In this document: piece by piece, positions 24,969-39,009 of the stretch | Layout: every line of letters starts with the position of its first letter | Numbering within the stretch: the first letter of the stretch is position 1 | NCBI GenBank assembly: GCA_964016885.1 | Contig: OZ024743.1 | Location: 161,262,001 to 161,326,000, forward strand | Reading direction: 5' to 3' | From: Eledone cirrhosa | Taxonomy: Eukaryota | DNA length: 64,000 nt | Program-made: the position numbers and the translations under genes | Notes under the pieces: model-generated | Seen by the model: only the letters and a program-made list of their open reading frames with translations | The model's database searches: none | Told to the model about the DNA's origin: nothing

Positions 24969-25473
24969 GGAGATTTGCTTGCTCCGGAAGTGTTGGTATA
25001 ATACTTGAAATTACTTTTGTTTGTCTGACCATTGTGGAGTTGTTGCAATGTTTTACTACTTACGTAGTTTATGTTGGTTATAGATTTCTGCCAGTTTATT
25101 TGTTTTTCTTTGCTTTGTTATTTTCTCGTTTCATTGTTTAATGCAAGTTTTTTTTTTGTTTTTGTTTTTTGGCATTGTTGTTGCTTGATCTAAAAGTTAA
25201 CCCTGTACAAGCTGACATATATTCAAAAGCATTTTTAGTGGCATAGAGGACTATTTTATCTAATGTCACGTTTTTCCTTATTCAAGATGGTAAGGTATCA
25301 TTTGAGGGAGATTTGGTTACTATTTCTAGCAGATACATACACATGCATATATATATATTTGGAAGTTTACCAATTAGATTAAACTCTGAACTGTCTTTTA
25401 CCTGTCTTGCTGTGGACTATAAAATCAGATTTGAGTTTTGAAATATGGTTGTATTATCAACTTATCTAAACTT

Positions 25474-25525
<52 letters not shown>

Positions 25526-25526
25526 A

Positions 25527-25995
25527 ATATTTGTATATCTAGTGATATACATTATGTTTAGGAATAAACATTTGAAAGCCTTCAGCTATGAATTTTGGAA
25601 ACTGATGACAGTGCCATCTAGGGAATTCCAACAGAACCAAGGGTGGGTAACTGTCAACGATGATCATCATTTCTGACTATGATCATTATCAAGACAGTAC
25701 TCCATTACCCTGCTCTCTGTTAGAACTCAATGTAGGTGAAAACATATAGTTTTGATACCTATGTACATGGGCTGATTAGCTTCATTTGCATATAGAGCTG
25801 TCAGCCAGATCGGCTGGAAAATAGAATTAAGGTGTTCGCTCTGACATAGCTGTATACATATAACTATGAGTATTTGTATATCTAACGATATACGTTATAT
25901 TCATGAATATGCATTTGAAAGCCTTCAGCTACGAGTTTGGGAACCTGATGATGTAGTACCATCTAGCAGATTCCAGCAGAAGCAAGGGTGGGTAC
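25527..25995. repeat. Diverged direct repeat (~125 bp at 25527-25650 and 25870-25995)
   Basis: catttgaaagccttcagcta...ctgatga...caagggtgggta occurs twice, ~343 bp apart. Confidence 0.75.
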
Positions 25996-27130
25996 CATAT
26001 ATCAGGGAGAGGGCATCAGTGGTATTTTTACATGACACAAATCCCAACTGCATTTCATCCAAGATAACTCGGCCCCTAATCAGTAGTGCTATACCTCTTT
26101 CTGAGACCTTCATGGCCTGGTCCATCAACTTGATGCCTCTATAAGTTTCTCTATCTAGTGCATCTTCTTTGCCTTTGTAGCAGTTGACAATGATGCTGCT
26201 ATGCCAGTCATTAGGTAGGACACTATTTTGTATTACTTGGTTTACATTACAAGATGCTTTCAGCATCTCAGCAACTATGCCCGATTGACCAGCTGCTTCC
26301 CCCATCTTCATATCCTTAATTTCCTTACTTACTACACTGTAGCTGACTTGTACATCTGGACCCTCCGCTGGATCAACTTGGGATAGACTATCTGCTTCCC
26401 ATGCATTCTCCTCATTCAGTAATCTTTTATAATGGCACTTCCATGCTACTTTCTTTTCAGTGTCGGTGAGGGCTTGTGTGCCATTATCATCTTGGACATA
26501 CTTCTTCCCAATACGATTTTCCCTGACACACCATCTTGCAATTTTGCACACCTCATGTCTTTGGTCCTCACATTGCGAAAGATGCTTCATTTTTTTTTTA
26601 TTTTCTGCTTCCCTCTTTGCAAAGTATATTTGTTGCCTAGTTTCTCTACCAGCATCTAGCTAGTGCACCATTCTTCCCCCATTCGTCCATTTTTTCCATA
26701 CCTGTCTCTTGACCTTAATTGTCCTATCCACCTCACTGTTCCACCACCTAGTCACTTTCCTTTCTATGGAGTTCTGCTCCAGAAACTGATCTCGTTTGTC
26801 ACCTTCAGCAAATTTTCTTTCAGGAATTCTCATTACTCCTCTATATTGTATGTCTCTATTTGTTCTTCCTTATTGTCGTAAGCATCAAGCAAAATATCTC
26901 TAATTTTGTTCCTGACTGAAAGGCTCCTTCAATTTCCAAATCCTTCTCCTCTAGGTTACCCTCTGTCTCCAAGTTTGTCTAGCTTTAACTATGAAGTTAC
27001 TAACTACTAGGTTATATTGAGAGGTGCATTCTTCACCAGGGAAGGAGTTTTTGTTTACAACTATCACTCTATCTCATCTGATGAGGATAAAATCTATCTG
27101 ACTACCATGCATACTTGATCAGATGGTTGT
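25996..27130 (-). mobile_element. RTE-clade LINE fragment
   Basis: ORF 25925-26590 is homologous to 14152-14907 (IVNCYKGKEDALDRETYRGIKLMDQ). Confidence 0.88.
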
Positions 27131-27164
27131 CAGGTTTTTTTTAAATTTGTATTGCATATAGATA

Positions 27165-28830
27165 GAACAAGGTCAAAGTTTGCTCCCTTCCGGACCATCT
27201 TTGGGGTTTCAGGATATGCAATCTTTGTGCACCCTTGGAACCTGAATATCACAACCCTTACAGGTAAGGAGCAGTAGCTAGAGGAGGAGGGTAGATGCTA
27301 CTGGCTAGATATAGTCGGAGTTTCCTCAACAAAGTTCTATGGTTCTGATACTGTAAATTTGGTTGGAGGATAGAAACTCTACTATTTAGGTGTGGTGCCA
27401 GAAATAAGTGGCACAGGTGGGGATACTCACAAGCCCCTGGCTGTGAGAATGTGTTATGGACTGGATCCCATGAAAAGGGAGGATTTGCCTCTTGAAGGTT
27501 AGGCTAAAAGATAGGTCTCTGTGGGTGATGCAAGTTTATGCACCAAACAAGGAGTCCAAATACAGGTCCTTCCTTGATGAAGTCACTGTAGCGTTAGTTG
27601 TAGTTAAGACTGAATCATATATCCTGATGGGAGACTTCAATGCCCATGTTGGCACTGACAATCTGACATGGAAAGGAGTGATTGGAAGGAATGGTGATCC
27701 TGATCTAAATACGAATGGAGAGGCCTTACTAAACTCCTGTTCTATTATGAACACCTTCTTCCAGCACAGAGACATCCATGAATATACATGGTATAAGGTT
27801 ACTGTCTCTGATCTCTTCAACTCTGTGTTGGATGTGTTAAGAGAGGGGCTGAGCTATCACCATCTAGTTATCTGTAACTTCAGACTACCTAAAACCAAAG
27901 AAGCCCACAAAACTGGCAGATCCAGATCGCCCTACAGGATAAAATGGGAAGCAATGGTGGATAAGGAAGTCAGGACCAGGTATGCAGATACTATTGCATC
28001 TGAATTCAGAGAACTCCCTGGGCAAACTGAAGATGTTGAAACAGAGTGGAGATTGTTCAACTCGGCAGTTTCTGCATCAGCTGTTAAATGCTGCTAGCGA
28101 AAGAGGCTTGGTGTGGCACCAGCTGGCAGGAGGACCCCTTGGTTCAATCAAGAGATCAAAGATGCCATTTGAGCAAAGAAGGAGGCCTACAAAGCTTGGC
28201 GTGGAGATGAGTCCTCCTTCTTGCATTTGCTGTACAAGCAGGCATAAAGAATTGCAGCAGAAACAGTAAAGGTATCTAAAGATAAGTCATGGGAAAACAT
28301 GGGATTGAGCTGGAATCCGACTTCAGATCAGTAAATAAAATGTTCTGGCAGACCATCTGCTGACTTTGTAATAAGAAGCCCTCCGCTCCACAAATGCTAT
28401 CAAGAATGCCTGTGGTTCTTTCTTCAAACATGTGCAACCTTGTGAGGTGGAAACAATACTTTGCTGGTCTCCTAAACTTGATCACAACAACATCTGATGT
28501 ACACATGGTGCATCTGGGAGCGGTGACTAATCTTTCAGAGGCTGAGGTCGCAAGAGTAGTTAAAGAGCTCAAATGTGGCAAAGCTGCTGGGGAAGATGAA
28601 ATGCGACCCAAGATGTTAAAAGCCTTAAATAGAGAAGGCATTCTCTGGCTGACTCATGTATGCCGCGTGGCCTGGATCTCTGTAAAGGCACCTACACAAT
28701 GGCAATTAGGAGTGATAATCTCAATTTTTAAAAAGGGAGACAAGAGAGATTGTTCCAATTACAGAGGGATTGCCTTGTTAAGCCTCCCCAGTAAAGTCTA
28801 TGTTAAGTGTCTGGTAAAGAGATGCAGGGA
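27165..28830 (+). mobile_element. RTE-clade LINE of a second family (Expander/Rex3-like): APE endonuclease plus start of RT
   Basis: QVYAPN, ILMGDFNAHVG, IMNTFFQH, YHHLV (APE); GKAAGEDE, IFKKGDKRDCSNYRGIALLS. Confidence 0.88.
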
Positions 28831-30655
28831 GCACTACTGCAAACCTAACAGTTTGAGGAGAGGAGCTGACCATAGACAATCGATGGGAAGTCCTACAAAA
28901 AAAAATGCTGCGTAAACTTCCAAGAAACATGTAAACAGCATGGACTCCTGCATGACAATGGACATTGGAAGAAGACTCTAAAAGAAGCAGCAGTCAATCG
29001 TGTAGCCAATCAAATAAGACAGTTGTTTGCTAGTATTCTCACAGCATGGGGAATTGACAAAACTCATCTACTCTGGCAGGAAAAACAATCTGTCAGCTGG
29101 CTGTCTACACCTAGCCCAAAGACATCATGACAATATGTATATGTAATATACCCACAAGATTTACATTGAAGCTCTCTGCGACCTGTTCCATCCAGTTCAG
29201 ACAATGAAGAGCACATTAGCTAACTTCAGGATGCCAGAGCCAGATGAAGAAATGGAGGTAGAACAAGAATTTTTTCGGAAGGCAAACTATGATATTCAAG
29301 TATTACGTATGTTTGTGGATGAAAATAAACCTTGACTGGTGGATGACCAGAAAAATGGCATTGCAGTAACACTTCTGGGTGGAGGAAGAATTGCATACTC
29401 CATGTTTAAGCTGCCCATAGACTTCACATGGCATTAATAATCTTTTTGCAACATCAAGAACTTGCCCAAGGATAAGCTTCTGCAAACATGCAAGATGATA
29501 ATTTGGGATGAAGCTACCATGAGCCATAAATGAACAATTGGACTTTTGGCCAAGACAATAAGAGATCTGAGAGAAAATACTTGCTTAATAGGAGAAGTGA
29601 CAATGGTTCTTACTGGTGATTTCAGACAAACTTTACCTGTAATTCCCCGAGGAATTACAGCTGATCAGGTCAATTGCGGTCTGAAAACATCTTATATCTG
29701 GCCCCACATTCAGCAGCTGAGTATTACAACCAGTATGTGAGCGCACTTGACTGGTGACAAAGGTGTCAGTGAGATTTCCATCCAACTACTTAAATTGGGA
29801 CATGGGCTACTTGAAAATGACTCCAACGACCAGATTCATTTGTCATTTTGCCATATCATTGACACAGAACAAGAACTGATTGCCAGAGTGTTTCCAAACA
29901 TTTAGATCAGACAATGTGATCCCAAATGTCTCTGGGAACGAGCAATCTTAGCATCAAAGAATGTTGCTATGAAAGAAATCAACAGAAGGCTGCTGAACAT
30001 GTTACCTGGAGAGAAAAATTGCTACAAATCAGTTGACACAATCACTTCCCAAGACCAGGTTGTAAACTATCCAACTGAAGTAGCAGGAATTCTTGCACAC
30101 AACCTGATACTAAAGCTTGGAGCATCAGTTATGTTACTTTATAATCTGGATCCTCCAAAACTTTGCAATGCTACAAGACTCATCATCAAAAATATGATGC
30201 CCAATGTCTTAAAAGTTGCAATCATGCCAGGAAAAGTTGCTGGTGACAATTGTTTCATTCTCAGAATACTGATTTGCCATTTGAATTTGAAAGGCTTCAA
30301 TTTCCTACCAGATTCAGTTTTGCCATGACCACTATAAATCTCAAGAGCAATCATTGAAAGTCATTGGGTTGAACCTGGAAAATCCTGTCTTTTAACATGG
30401 TCAGCTCTATGTTGGTACTACAAGGGCTGGAAACACTGCTTGTCTCTTCATTATAACACCACAGAGAAAAAACAAGAATGTTGTTTATCCAGAGGCTTTG
30501 GAATGAGCAATATCATAATTCCTCTTTCAATGAAATACACACAGATCCTAATTCCTTGGTAATATAGTTTGTAAGGAATTCTGAAGTCGCAAATTTACTG
30601 CATAGTGTTACTTTGGAAGAATATGCAGGCATTCCCGGATACCTCTGCTGTATAA
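28830..30655 (+). mobile_element. Decayed Helitron 3' half (Pif1 helicase)
   Basis: IIWDEATMSH, LTGDFRQTLPVIPRG, VMLLYNLDPPKLCNATRL, KNVVYPEAL; a degenerate hairpin/terminus near 30625-30655. Confidence 0.88.
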
Positions 30656-30779
30656 ATTAGTATAAGTGAGATCTTTTTATGGTAGCTAGCTAAGCCTGTT
30701 AGAAATAGCAGCCAAATTTCCTTCAAATCCCACCCTACTATCTCATGTATTTTTATATATTTGAAGCAAAAAGGAAATT

Positions 30780-31745
30780 AGACCAAATTAGTAGTGAAGG
30801 AGGGTGTTCCAAAAGCATAGTATCCATAGTGAGATCAGGTTATAGAAAGTTCAGGGAGCTACCACCACTGCTAACTACAAAAGTCTTTTCTCTCAAAATG
30901 AAAGGCAGACTGTATGATGCATGTATACGAACAACAATCTTGCACAGCAGCCAGACCTGGGCACTATGTGCAGAGGACTTGTGAAGATTGGAAAGAAATA
31001 AAGCCTCCATGCTTCAATGGATGTGCAATAGTAATATATGCGAATGGCAAAGCATAAATGAACTGCGAGAGAAATTATGCATAGGGATCAGATGCAGTGT
31101 ACAGGAGAGGAGATTACGTTGGTATGGATATGTGATGTGTATGAAGGTTGATAGCAGTATAAAAAGGTGCAGAACGTTCAAACTTGATGGAAGCCATGGA
31201 GGGGGAAAACCTAGGTAGACTTGGGATGAGGTGATAAAAGCTGACTTCGCACAATTACACTTCTCTAAGGTGATGACACAGGACCGTGATCTCTGGCGCT
31301 ATGCAGTAATACAGAAGACCCACCCTCCCATATGCACGAACTGAGACATACATCTAGTATGCATCACCTTCCCTCCCATCACTCCTCCTATACACCTACC
31401 TTGCTGTAATCATCCCACTCCTATACCTACCTCTCCAATTCCCCACACATCTTCTCCACCCCCACCCCACACCATAAAGAGGTTATCCTGGAACCACGAT
31501 AAAAAGTGCCCAGCACACACTGTAAAGTGGTCGTGTAGGTGTCATGACAAAAAGCACCTACCACACACTGTAAATGTGGTTGGCATTAGGAAGGGCATGA
31601 AGCTGTAGAAACCAAGCCAAAATCAGTTCTGTGTCAGTGAAACACGGTTCTTCGACCTGGATCTCTCATAAAGGACAGCCTTTCCTACCCAAGCTAACAT
31701 GGAAAATGGACGCTAAACGATTATGATGATGATGAGGATGATGAA
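30780..31745 (+). mobile_element. RTE-clade LINE 3' fragment with 3'UTR and (GAT)n tail
   Basis: KGRLYDACIRT, VQERRLRWYG; 3'UTR similar to 6690-6847. Confidence 0.9.
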
Positions 31746-32059
31746 TGTGATACCTCAATCTACTAGAAATTTTAGTGAAATCCATTTCAAATCATAGCCA
31801 TCTGCCTTACACACACATACATGCGTGTGTATGTCTGTATGTCATGGGAGCCACTATAACTATTGGTGTACCTAAAAGAAATAGAAAATAAATCTCCCTC
31901 AAACAAGATCCTACTGTCATAGAGGTGAAAGCTACAGTGAAAAATAAATATAGTTTCAAAATAGCCTTCACATGTTGAATTAAGAAGTTCTGATTGTATA
32001 AAAAAGAAAAGATAAAATCCAAATGTATTTTTTGGCCATGCCATTTTCACTGACCTAAT

Positions 32060-32316
32060 GGTTCATCTATGGCTGAAGCGTTATATATGCTGACTGTAAA
32101 AAGGAGTAATATTCAATACAACACCACCGAAGAAAACTAGTAATATTTTTATCTAGATGATTTGCTTTGAACAGGTGACAATAAATATTTTGCTTTAATT
32201 CCTACTTCAGTTGAAATACAGTAATCGTATTTCATTGGTAAAATATTTTTTAATTTTTGCCAAAATATATTATAACTTTCATAACATACCTAGGATTCAC
32301 TGGGTACCTTTGCTAG
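32060..32316 (+). mobile_element. Probable Helitron 3'-end fragment
   Basis: Ends CCTAGGATTCACTGGGTACCTTTGCTAG|T (hairpin plus CTAG followed by T). Confidence 0.5.
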
Positions 32317-32327
32317 TATATATATGA

Positions 32328-32376
<49 letters not shown>

Positions 32377-32409
32377 AAAGAATAGAGGTGAAACACACGA
32401 GTTATGATA

Positions 32410-32907
32410 TATTGGTAAAAGGAAAAGAAAATGCTGACAAATTGTTCCCAGTGAAAAATAGTTTAATTAGGAATAAGTAAAAATTAGTAATAGTGTTGGT
32501 TAGTATTCAGTTTTGGTTTTAAGTTTTACCGGTTGCACATTTCTAATGCTTTTCAAAAATAATTTTGACGAGACAAACCTACATTTGGCGCAAAATCAAT
32601 TTTTAACATTCACATGACCTCTACCGACCAATCAAAATTGTTTTGACCACAAGAATTTTTTCATACATCTGGAGTCACTTTTTTTACATAAAACATGTAG
32701 AATTTCCAAAACTAATCAGATTAGAGCAAACATCACGGGTGCTCTATCTCAAAATTATTTTTGAAAAGCATTAGAAATGCGCAACCAGTAAAACTTAGAA
32801 CCAAAACTGAATACTAACCAATACTATTACTAATTTTTACTTATTCCTAATTAAACTATTTTTCACTGGGAACAATTTGTCAGCATTTTCTTTTCCTTTT
32901 ACTAATA
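32410..32907. mobile_element. Foldback/MITE element with ~160-bp near-perfect terminal inverted repeats
   Basis: 32410-32568 is the reverse complement of ~32749-32907 with few mismatches; TA-rich flanks. Confidence 0.88.
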
Positions 32908-35600
32908 TATATATATATATACTCTTTTACTCTTTTACCTGTTTCAGCCATCCGGCTGAGGCCATATATATATTGTTATACTTGGGGAGCGTCATATTGT
33001 TGTAATAATATTGTCAGAAATAATAACAGAACACACTCACTGTTTGGTTAGTTTTCACTTCTGTATCTTTTATATCTCCACAGTTAATTCATTTGGTCCT
33101 CAATGTTTATCATTGACTGACCAACAGTAAAAAAAAAAAATATATATATATATATATATGAATGAGAGAGAGAGAAAGACTGCATTATTTCTATGAAAAT
33201 GTATCCATTCCCCCTTTCATCCAAACCAACAAATGTGACATGTTCTACTGTTTTTATTATCTGGATTGACCATAGTTAATTGTCCAATAGCTACTTATGT
33301 TTGTCTGCCACTCATAGATAAACATACTCACACTTTCTCAACCTCTCTCTTCTTTTATATTTACTCCTTTTCAAGTTATGCTGTTCAGGAGATCAGTTGT
33401 GAGTTGTCAAGCAAAATATATTACAGGTCTAAACTCCAATATTTTGTCTCTTATTGATGGATCAGACGTGTGGATAGATGGATGGACATTAGAGGAAACA
33501 GACAGGCAGGCTCATCAATAGATAAGTAAGTGGATATATATATAGAGACATTTTACCTGATAGATTAAATTGGTAGTGTGGTAGATAGAAAGATAAGCTG
33601 ATGGGTGGATACATGCATGGATTAATGAATGGATGGTTGGATAAATGTAAGGTTGATTAAGTGGAAGATTGATGAGCTGGAAATTAGATTGATTGACGAG
33701 TGGATAGGTGGAACGATGGAGAGGCTGGAAGATAGATTAGTTGGTGGATGGATAGGACAAGTAGGCAAATAGTTTGGAAAGAGATAGATATGAAAGTAGG
33801 TAGTCAATTGGTTGGTTTAGTCTAGATTTGTAAATACAAAAGTTTGTATACATTGTGTAACATGAATTGGTTAGCAGAATTGTAGAGTCTCTTGAGTATC
33901 AGACAAATGCTTAGTAGTATTTGTTCCTACATTTTTATATTCTCAGTTCAAATCCCAGTGATATCAGCTTTGCCTTTCATCCTTCCAGAGTTGATAAAAT
34001 AAAGTATCATTCACATACTAGAGTCAAAATAATCGATTTCCCCCTCCACCAAATTGTTGCCCTTGTCATTAAATTAGAAATGATTATGTTACCTGAATGT
34101 CAGTACATGAAGCTACCACCTACATACCTCTCCTACTTAGATAACTGAAATAGTGTTTCTGTGAGCAGCAGTTAACTATCACCATGAATCCTACTATTGC
34201 TACTATCTATTACAACTACTTAGATTGGGTGTAGAGATGTGTTGGAGGTAATGGAGTACTTTTTAAAAGATAGTTACAGGTGGTATATGTATACTCACAA
34301 ACCTACTTACACATGAAAATATAAACACATGCACTGTGAGATGGGTTTGGCGTGGCCAACTGGCCTGTCCCTCATAACAGTGCCATCAAGTTCCACTCTG
34401 TAAATGTGTTGGTGTTAGGAAAGGCATCCAGCTGTAAAATCCCTAGGAGTTCGCCTCCCTGTGATGAAAGACCAATATGGCATGCCACCACTTTCAGTTG
34501 CTAGTAGCAAATGACTTTAGCAGTTTACACCTTGTAGTGATGCGTGACATCACATCAAAGAGAAGATAAGCCTGTCCTGACCATTTACAGGGATACACAT
34601 TGGCAATAAAACACATTGAAAAAATGTGACGATTGCCAAAAGTACTCTTCCAGGGTGTTTTCAAATAGAAATCTAATACAGTACAGCAAACAATAAAAAA
34701 TAAATTGAACTAGCAAAACAGAGTGAGAAAGTTCAACTTCCAATTTAGATGCAGTATACTTCACTGGAAGTCAAAATAATTGAGAGATGAAGCTTGTCGA
34801 ATAAAACAGACATAGCTTTGGTCATTTCATCACTCCCTCAATGACCAATTAAGTTTGTATTATTAAAATTCGTTTTTGTATTTGTTTTGCAAGATTTTTT
34901 ATGTGAAAACCTGTGTTGAAACAGATATTGCTATACTTTGGAAGGGTCATGCAGCCAATAAAACACACCAGTTGAGTTTTCCCTTCAATGTATTATTATA
35001 ATTTCCTAGTGGTTAGTTTAGTAACTGGATAGTTGTTTAGTTGTTGATTGTCAAAGCTCTTGCATCACATATTCTTTGAGTTATTAAATGAAGGCTGTTT
35101 TACACCATCTTGTCTTTGTGAGCTGTGATTACATCCATTTGTGTATATGTGTTTTTTCTCTCTCTTCTCTCTTTCCTAGTTGTCACTAGTTAGTTGTTAT
35201 CCTAATTTTTGTATTCTATGTGTGAGTATGTGATAAGAGGGAGTCTGTCTATGTATCTTATTAGTTTTGTTCTTGCTCATTTACTCTGTTGTGACTAAGG
35301 ATGATAAATGCACCCAGTCCATGCTGTAATGTGGTTGGTGAAATGAAGGGCATCCATCTGTAGAAAGTTTGCCAAAGAAAGGATTGTTAGGACCCCCTTC
35401 AGTTGTGTCAAGACATGACAACCTCCTCTATGAACTTGAGAGAGCCTGAGACTATATGTAAGTGATATGCAGATCTCTGGCCTGATGGGAAGTCAATAAC
35501 CTTGCTTCAGTACTGACTTGGTTTATGTAGACCTGTCCAAATCTTGCTAGCAAGGTAAGCAGACATTAAAATGATGATGAGAAAGAATATATATATATAG

Positions 35601-35796
35601 TAATAATTGTTTCTACTTTTGGCACAAGGCCAGCAATTACCCAGTTCATTACTGGTACTTTATTTTATCGACCCCGTAAGGATGAAAGGCAAAGTTAACC
35701 TCGGCGGGATTTGAACTCAGAATGGCAAGGGCCGTAACTCTATGCATCAAAGCATGGTGTCCGACCCTCTACCGATACTGCCAATCCACCGCCCTT
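35601..35796 (-). mobile_element. SINE family B copy
   Basis: Reverse complement of 20953-21139. Confidence 0.88.
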
Positions 35797-36284
35797 ATAT
35801 ATATAGTAATAATAAATACAAAATCCGTTGAGAACTTGATAAGGATTGTATATATGTAAAGTATATATAAACCCATAGAGCAAATATTTATTATTAGTAC
35901 TAATTAAAAGTTTAAGCAAAGAATTTCAAACTAAGCGGGATCTTCTGAAACTGAGAAACATTAATCTGTAGACACAGAAGTAAATATTTTTAAAATGTTA
36001 CAATCAAATATTGCCTTTAGAAAACAGGAATACATAACAGCAATATGTGAAGACAATCTTTTGAGATGGACGAAATGCATTGCAAGGATAATTATGTCAT
36101 TATGTGGGACAAGAAGAACAAATTCTTGCTATGGAAAAAACATATTTTTGCTATGAAAAAGATTAATATTCTTTTTAGAATAGCCGAATGATTTTCAGCT
36201 ACCATATATGGACAATTATGTCAATAAAAGTAAAATGATTAAACACAAATATACTTAAGGTATTAATAATAGGAAAAGTAATAA

Positions 36285-36700
36285 TAATTATTGTTTCTGC
36301 TTTAGGCACAAGGCCAGCAATTTGAAGGGTGAGGGGCAAAGTTGATTAAATCAAACCCAGTGCTTACAGGAACTTTATTTTATCCATCCTTAAAAATAAA
36401 AGGCAAAGGTAACCTTCGTGGGATTTGAACTCAAAACACAAAGGGCTGTAACTCAATGGCACAAAGAAGGTTGTCTGACGCTCTGCCGATACTGCCAATC
36501 TACTAATAATAATTTTCTACTTTTGGCACAAGGCCAGCAATTACTCCAGTGCATTACTGGTACTTTATTTTATTGACCCCGTAAGGATGAAAGGTAAAGT
36601 TAACCTCGGCGGGATTTGAACTCAGACCGTAAAGGGACGTAACTATATGCTGGAAAGCATGGTATGTGACCCTCTACCGATACTGCGAATCCACTGCCGT
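36285..36700 (-). mobile_element. Two tandem SINE family B copies (36285-36505 and 36510-36700)
   Basis: Both are reverse complements of 20953-21139; the first is more diverged. Confidence 0.82.
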
Positions 36701-37189
36701 ATCTAATAATAATGAGAACATTAATAGTAATGTTTTGGGATTAAGGCTTGTAGATAAGTATGCACTGACCGGTGTTGGTGCATGCGTAAATGAAGATATA
36801 GTGTATAAAAATTATATACACACATATACATATATACACATGTATGTGTGTGCATGTACACATGTATGCACTTGTGTGTTTACATGTGCATGCAAAAATG
36901 TATACATAGTTAACATAAGTGGCTGTTGATTTGTTGAATAAAGAGTAGTCACATGGTTCATTGAAATTTAAAGAATTCCTTATCGGGCATTTTGAGCAAC
37001 TAGTGGTAAATCACTGTGATATCTTAATGTTCTTATTGATAAGGCTGGGCAATGTCAAGTATTCTCTGAGGACATTAATATATGTATTTAGTGATAAACG
37101 GACAGAGTTGAGGTCAATGCCTAATTTTATTTATATGACTAAAGATCGGATTCTATGCCAGTCAGGATTATAATAGGAGAAAGTTTTAA

Positions 37190-38420
37190 AGTGTTTATGT
37201 CTACAATTGAAAACTCATTCTAATCTATTATTTATTAAATTTTTTCAATAATTATAAAGTACAGTTCTAGTATACAGATATTACAAATACCTGTATCATG
37301 TTTGTACGAGTCGGTGAATCCCAGGACAAACCAAGAAATCTTGTATCCTGTTCCTATCCCCTCCAGTTCCCATATTTTGTTGGCTAAAGTTGTAGAAGTT
37401 TTAAGTTTATGATTTTTGAAACAATGAGTGTGAACATACCACCTTTTCTTAAATATATTTGAAGTAGCCCCTATATATTTTACTTTCTGTTTGTTTGTAC
37501 TAATCACACATTGGTATACCATCTTCTGCCCATACACATATTTTGTATGGGGCAGTTCACAGGTCGTGGGCAATTGCATCTTATCTCTTTTCTGTGGGAT
37601 TGTTCAATATTATTATTGTTGTTGCTTTTAGATGTGGTAGGAATGAGAATAGGTTGTGATATATTTAATTTCCTACTTTTAGCTTTTGCTGCCTTGGGTT
37701 CGTTTATCCGTGTTGGTTGAGAACATCCAATGGAGTTCATTTTAGTTTAGTATCATAGGTGCTTAAGCGTCTCTTATTCAATTTATTTGTAACCATCCAG
37801 ATTCATCGAGGTAAGATAACCTAATAGTATTTCTTTTTAATATCTAATGGTATCTATGTGACTGTGGGAAACACTTGTCAATCAGGTTAAAGAATATGAA
37901 AGGTAGACAAGACTTAATTGTACTGGATTATATCAAAGGTATGTCCTGTTTCTAGTTTTTTGTGATGTTATTCTTTGAGGGTCCTTTCTGGTATTAAGAG
38001 AAATCTTACCTTTTTGCTGTTCATTATTATTGGTATTTTTAGATGGCGGTGGACTGGCAGTATCGGTAGAGGGTCGGACGCCATGCTTTGATGCATAGAG
38101 TTACGGCCCTTGCCATTCTGAGTTCAAATCCCGCCGAGGTTAACTTTGCCTTTCATCCTTATGGGGTCGATAAAATAAAGTACCAGTAATGCACTGGGTA
38201 ATTGCCTAATGTAGAAACAATTATTATTGGTATTTTTCCTGTGGCGGGAGCATTTGTAATTATTTTTAGAATACGATTTACTTATCATACGGTGATGTGT
38301 AACATTTCTACCTCTCTCACTTTCATCCATGTATTTTGGCTTATCTATATGTCCTACCTTTCGTAATGCATCATTATAATACTCGCCATGTTCATGATAA
38401 AGAATTCTTTAAATCTCAGT
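37190..38420 (-). mobile_element. Penelope-like retroelement fragment (RT C-terminus, Cys linker, GIY-YIG endonuclease)
   Basis: CNCPRPVNCPIQNMC, VYQCVI...YIGATSNIFKKRW..H..F, TTLANKIWEL, CNICILE, NCRH; upstream RNTIRLSY. Confidence 0.85.
38041..38219 (+). mobile_element. SINE family B copy with 18-bp target-site duplication, inserted in the Penelope fragment
   Basis: ATTATTATTGGTATTTTT at 38023-38040 and 38220-38237. Confidence 0.9.
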
Positions 38421-39009
38421 GAAAATGGCCTGACGCTGACCAATAGCCATTGTGACTACCCATCATTTAAGAAATCAACAGCCATTTTTGTTAACTAGGT
38501 TAGCCCCGCCTCATGGGGAGAAAAATAATAATGATAATAATAATGTTGATATTACTGTCAATGCTAATGATAGTTATTATTGTTGTTACCACTTAGGTCC
38601 TTCTTTATAAATTTACATATCTTTGTCTCTCACTATAGATGTTGATATTTCAATACTTTTATAACTTTATATAGCCTAAATTTTTCCTTAGCAACACTCC
38701 ATCTCTCTCTGTACATGAATGTATATATGTGTGTGTGTATGCATATATATATATATATGTGTGTGTGTGGGTATATGCATATATATATATATGTGTTGAC
38801 TTTTGGTAAGAGAGTGGGACTGGCTTTGTGCAGTGCCTTTGCTCACTATAAAAGCTTCACGGCACAGGCATTGCTTTATATCTGGAGATCTCTCTGCACT
38901 TGTCATCACATGGTACCATGGGCCCAGCACTATGTGTCAATAACTGTCACAAGTGTAGTGTTTGTACCAGAGTTTTCAAGTCACTGGCTGGACTAAAACG
39001 TCACTCTCG

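Noticed and set aside
25020-25045. DHCG-like codons as a possible PKC C1B exon
   Set aside because: Reads SDHCGV rather than FCDHCGSLLYG, has no further similarity, and lies upstream of the C1A-ending exon.
25570-25995. Hammerhead in type-II order (GAAA...CUA...CUGAUGA) in both direct-repeat copies
   Set aside because: Stem III can form but stem I cannot pair in either copy, and stem II is inconsistent.
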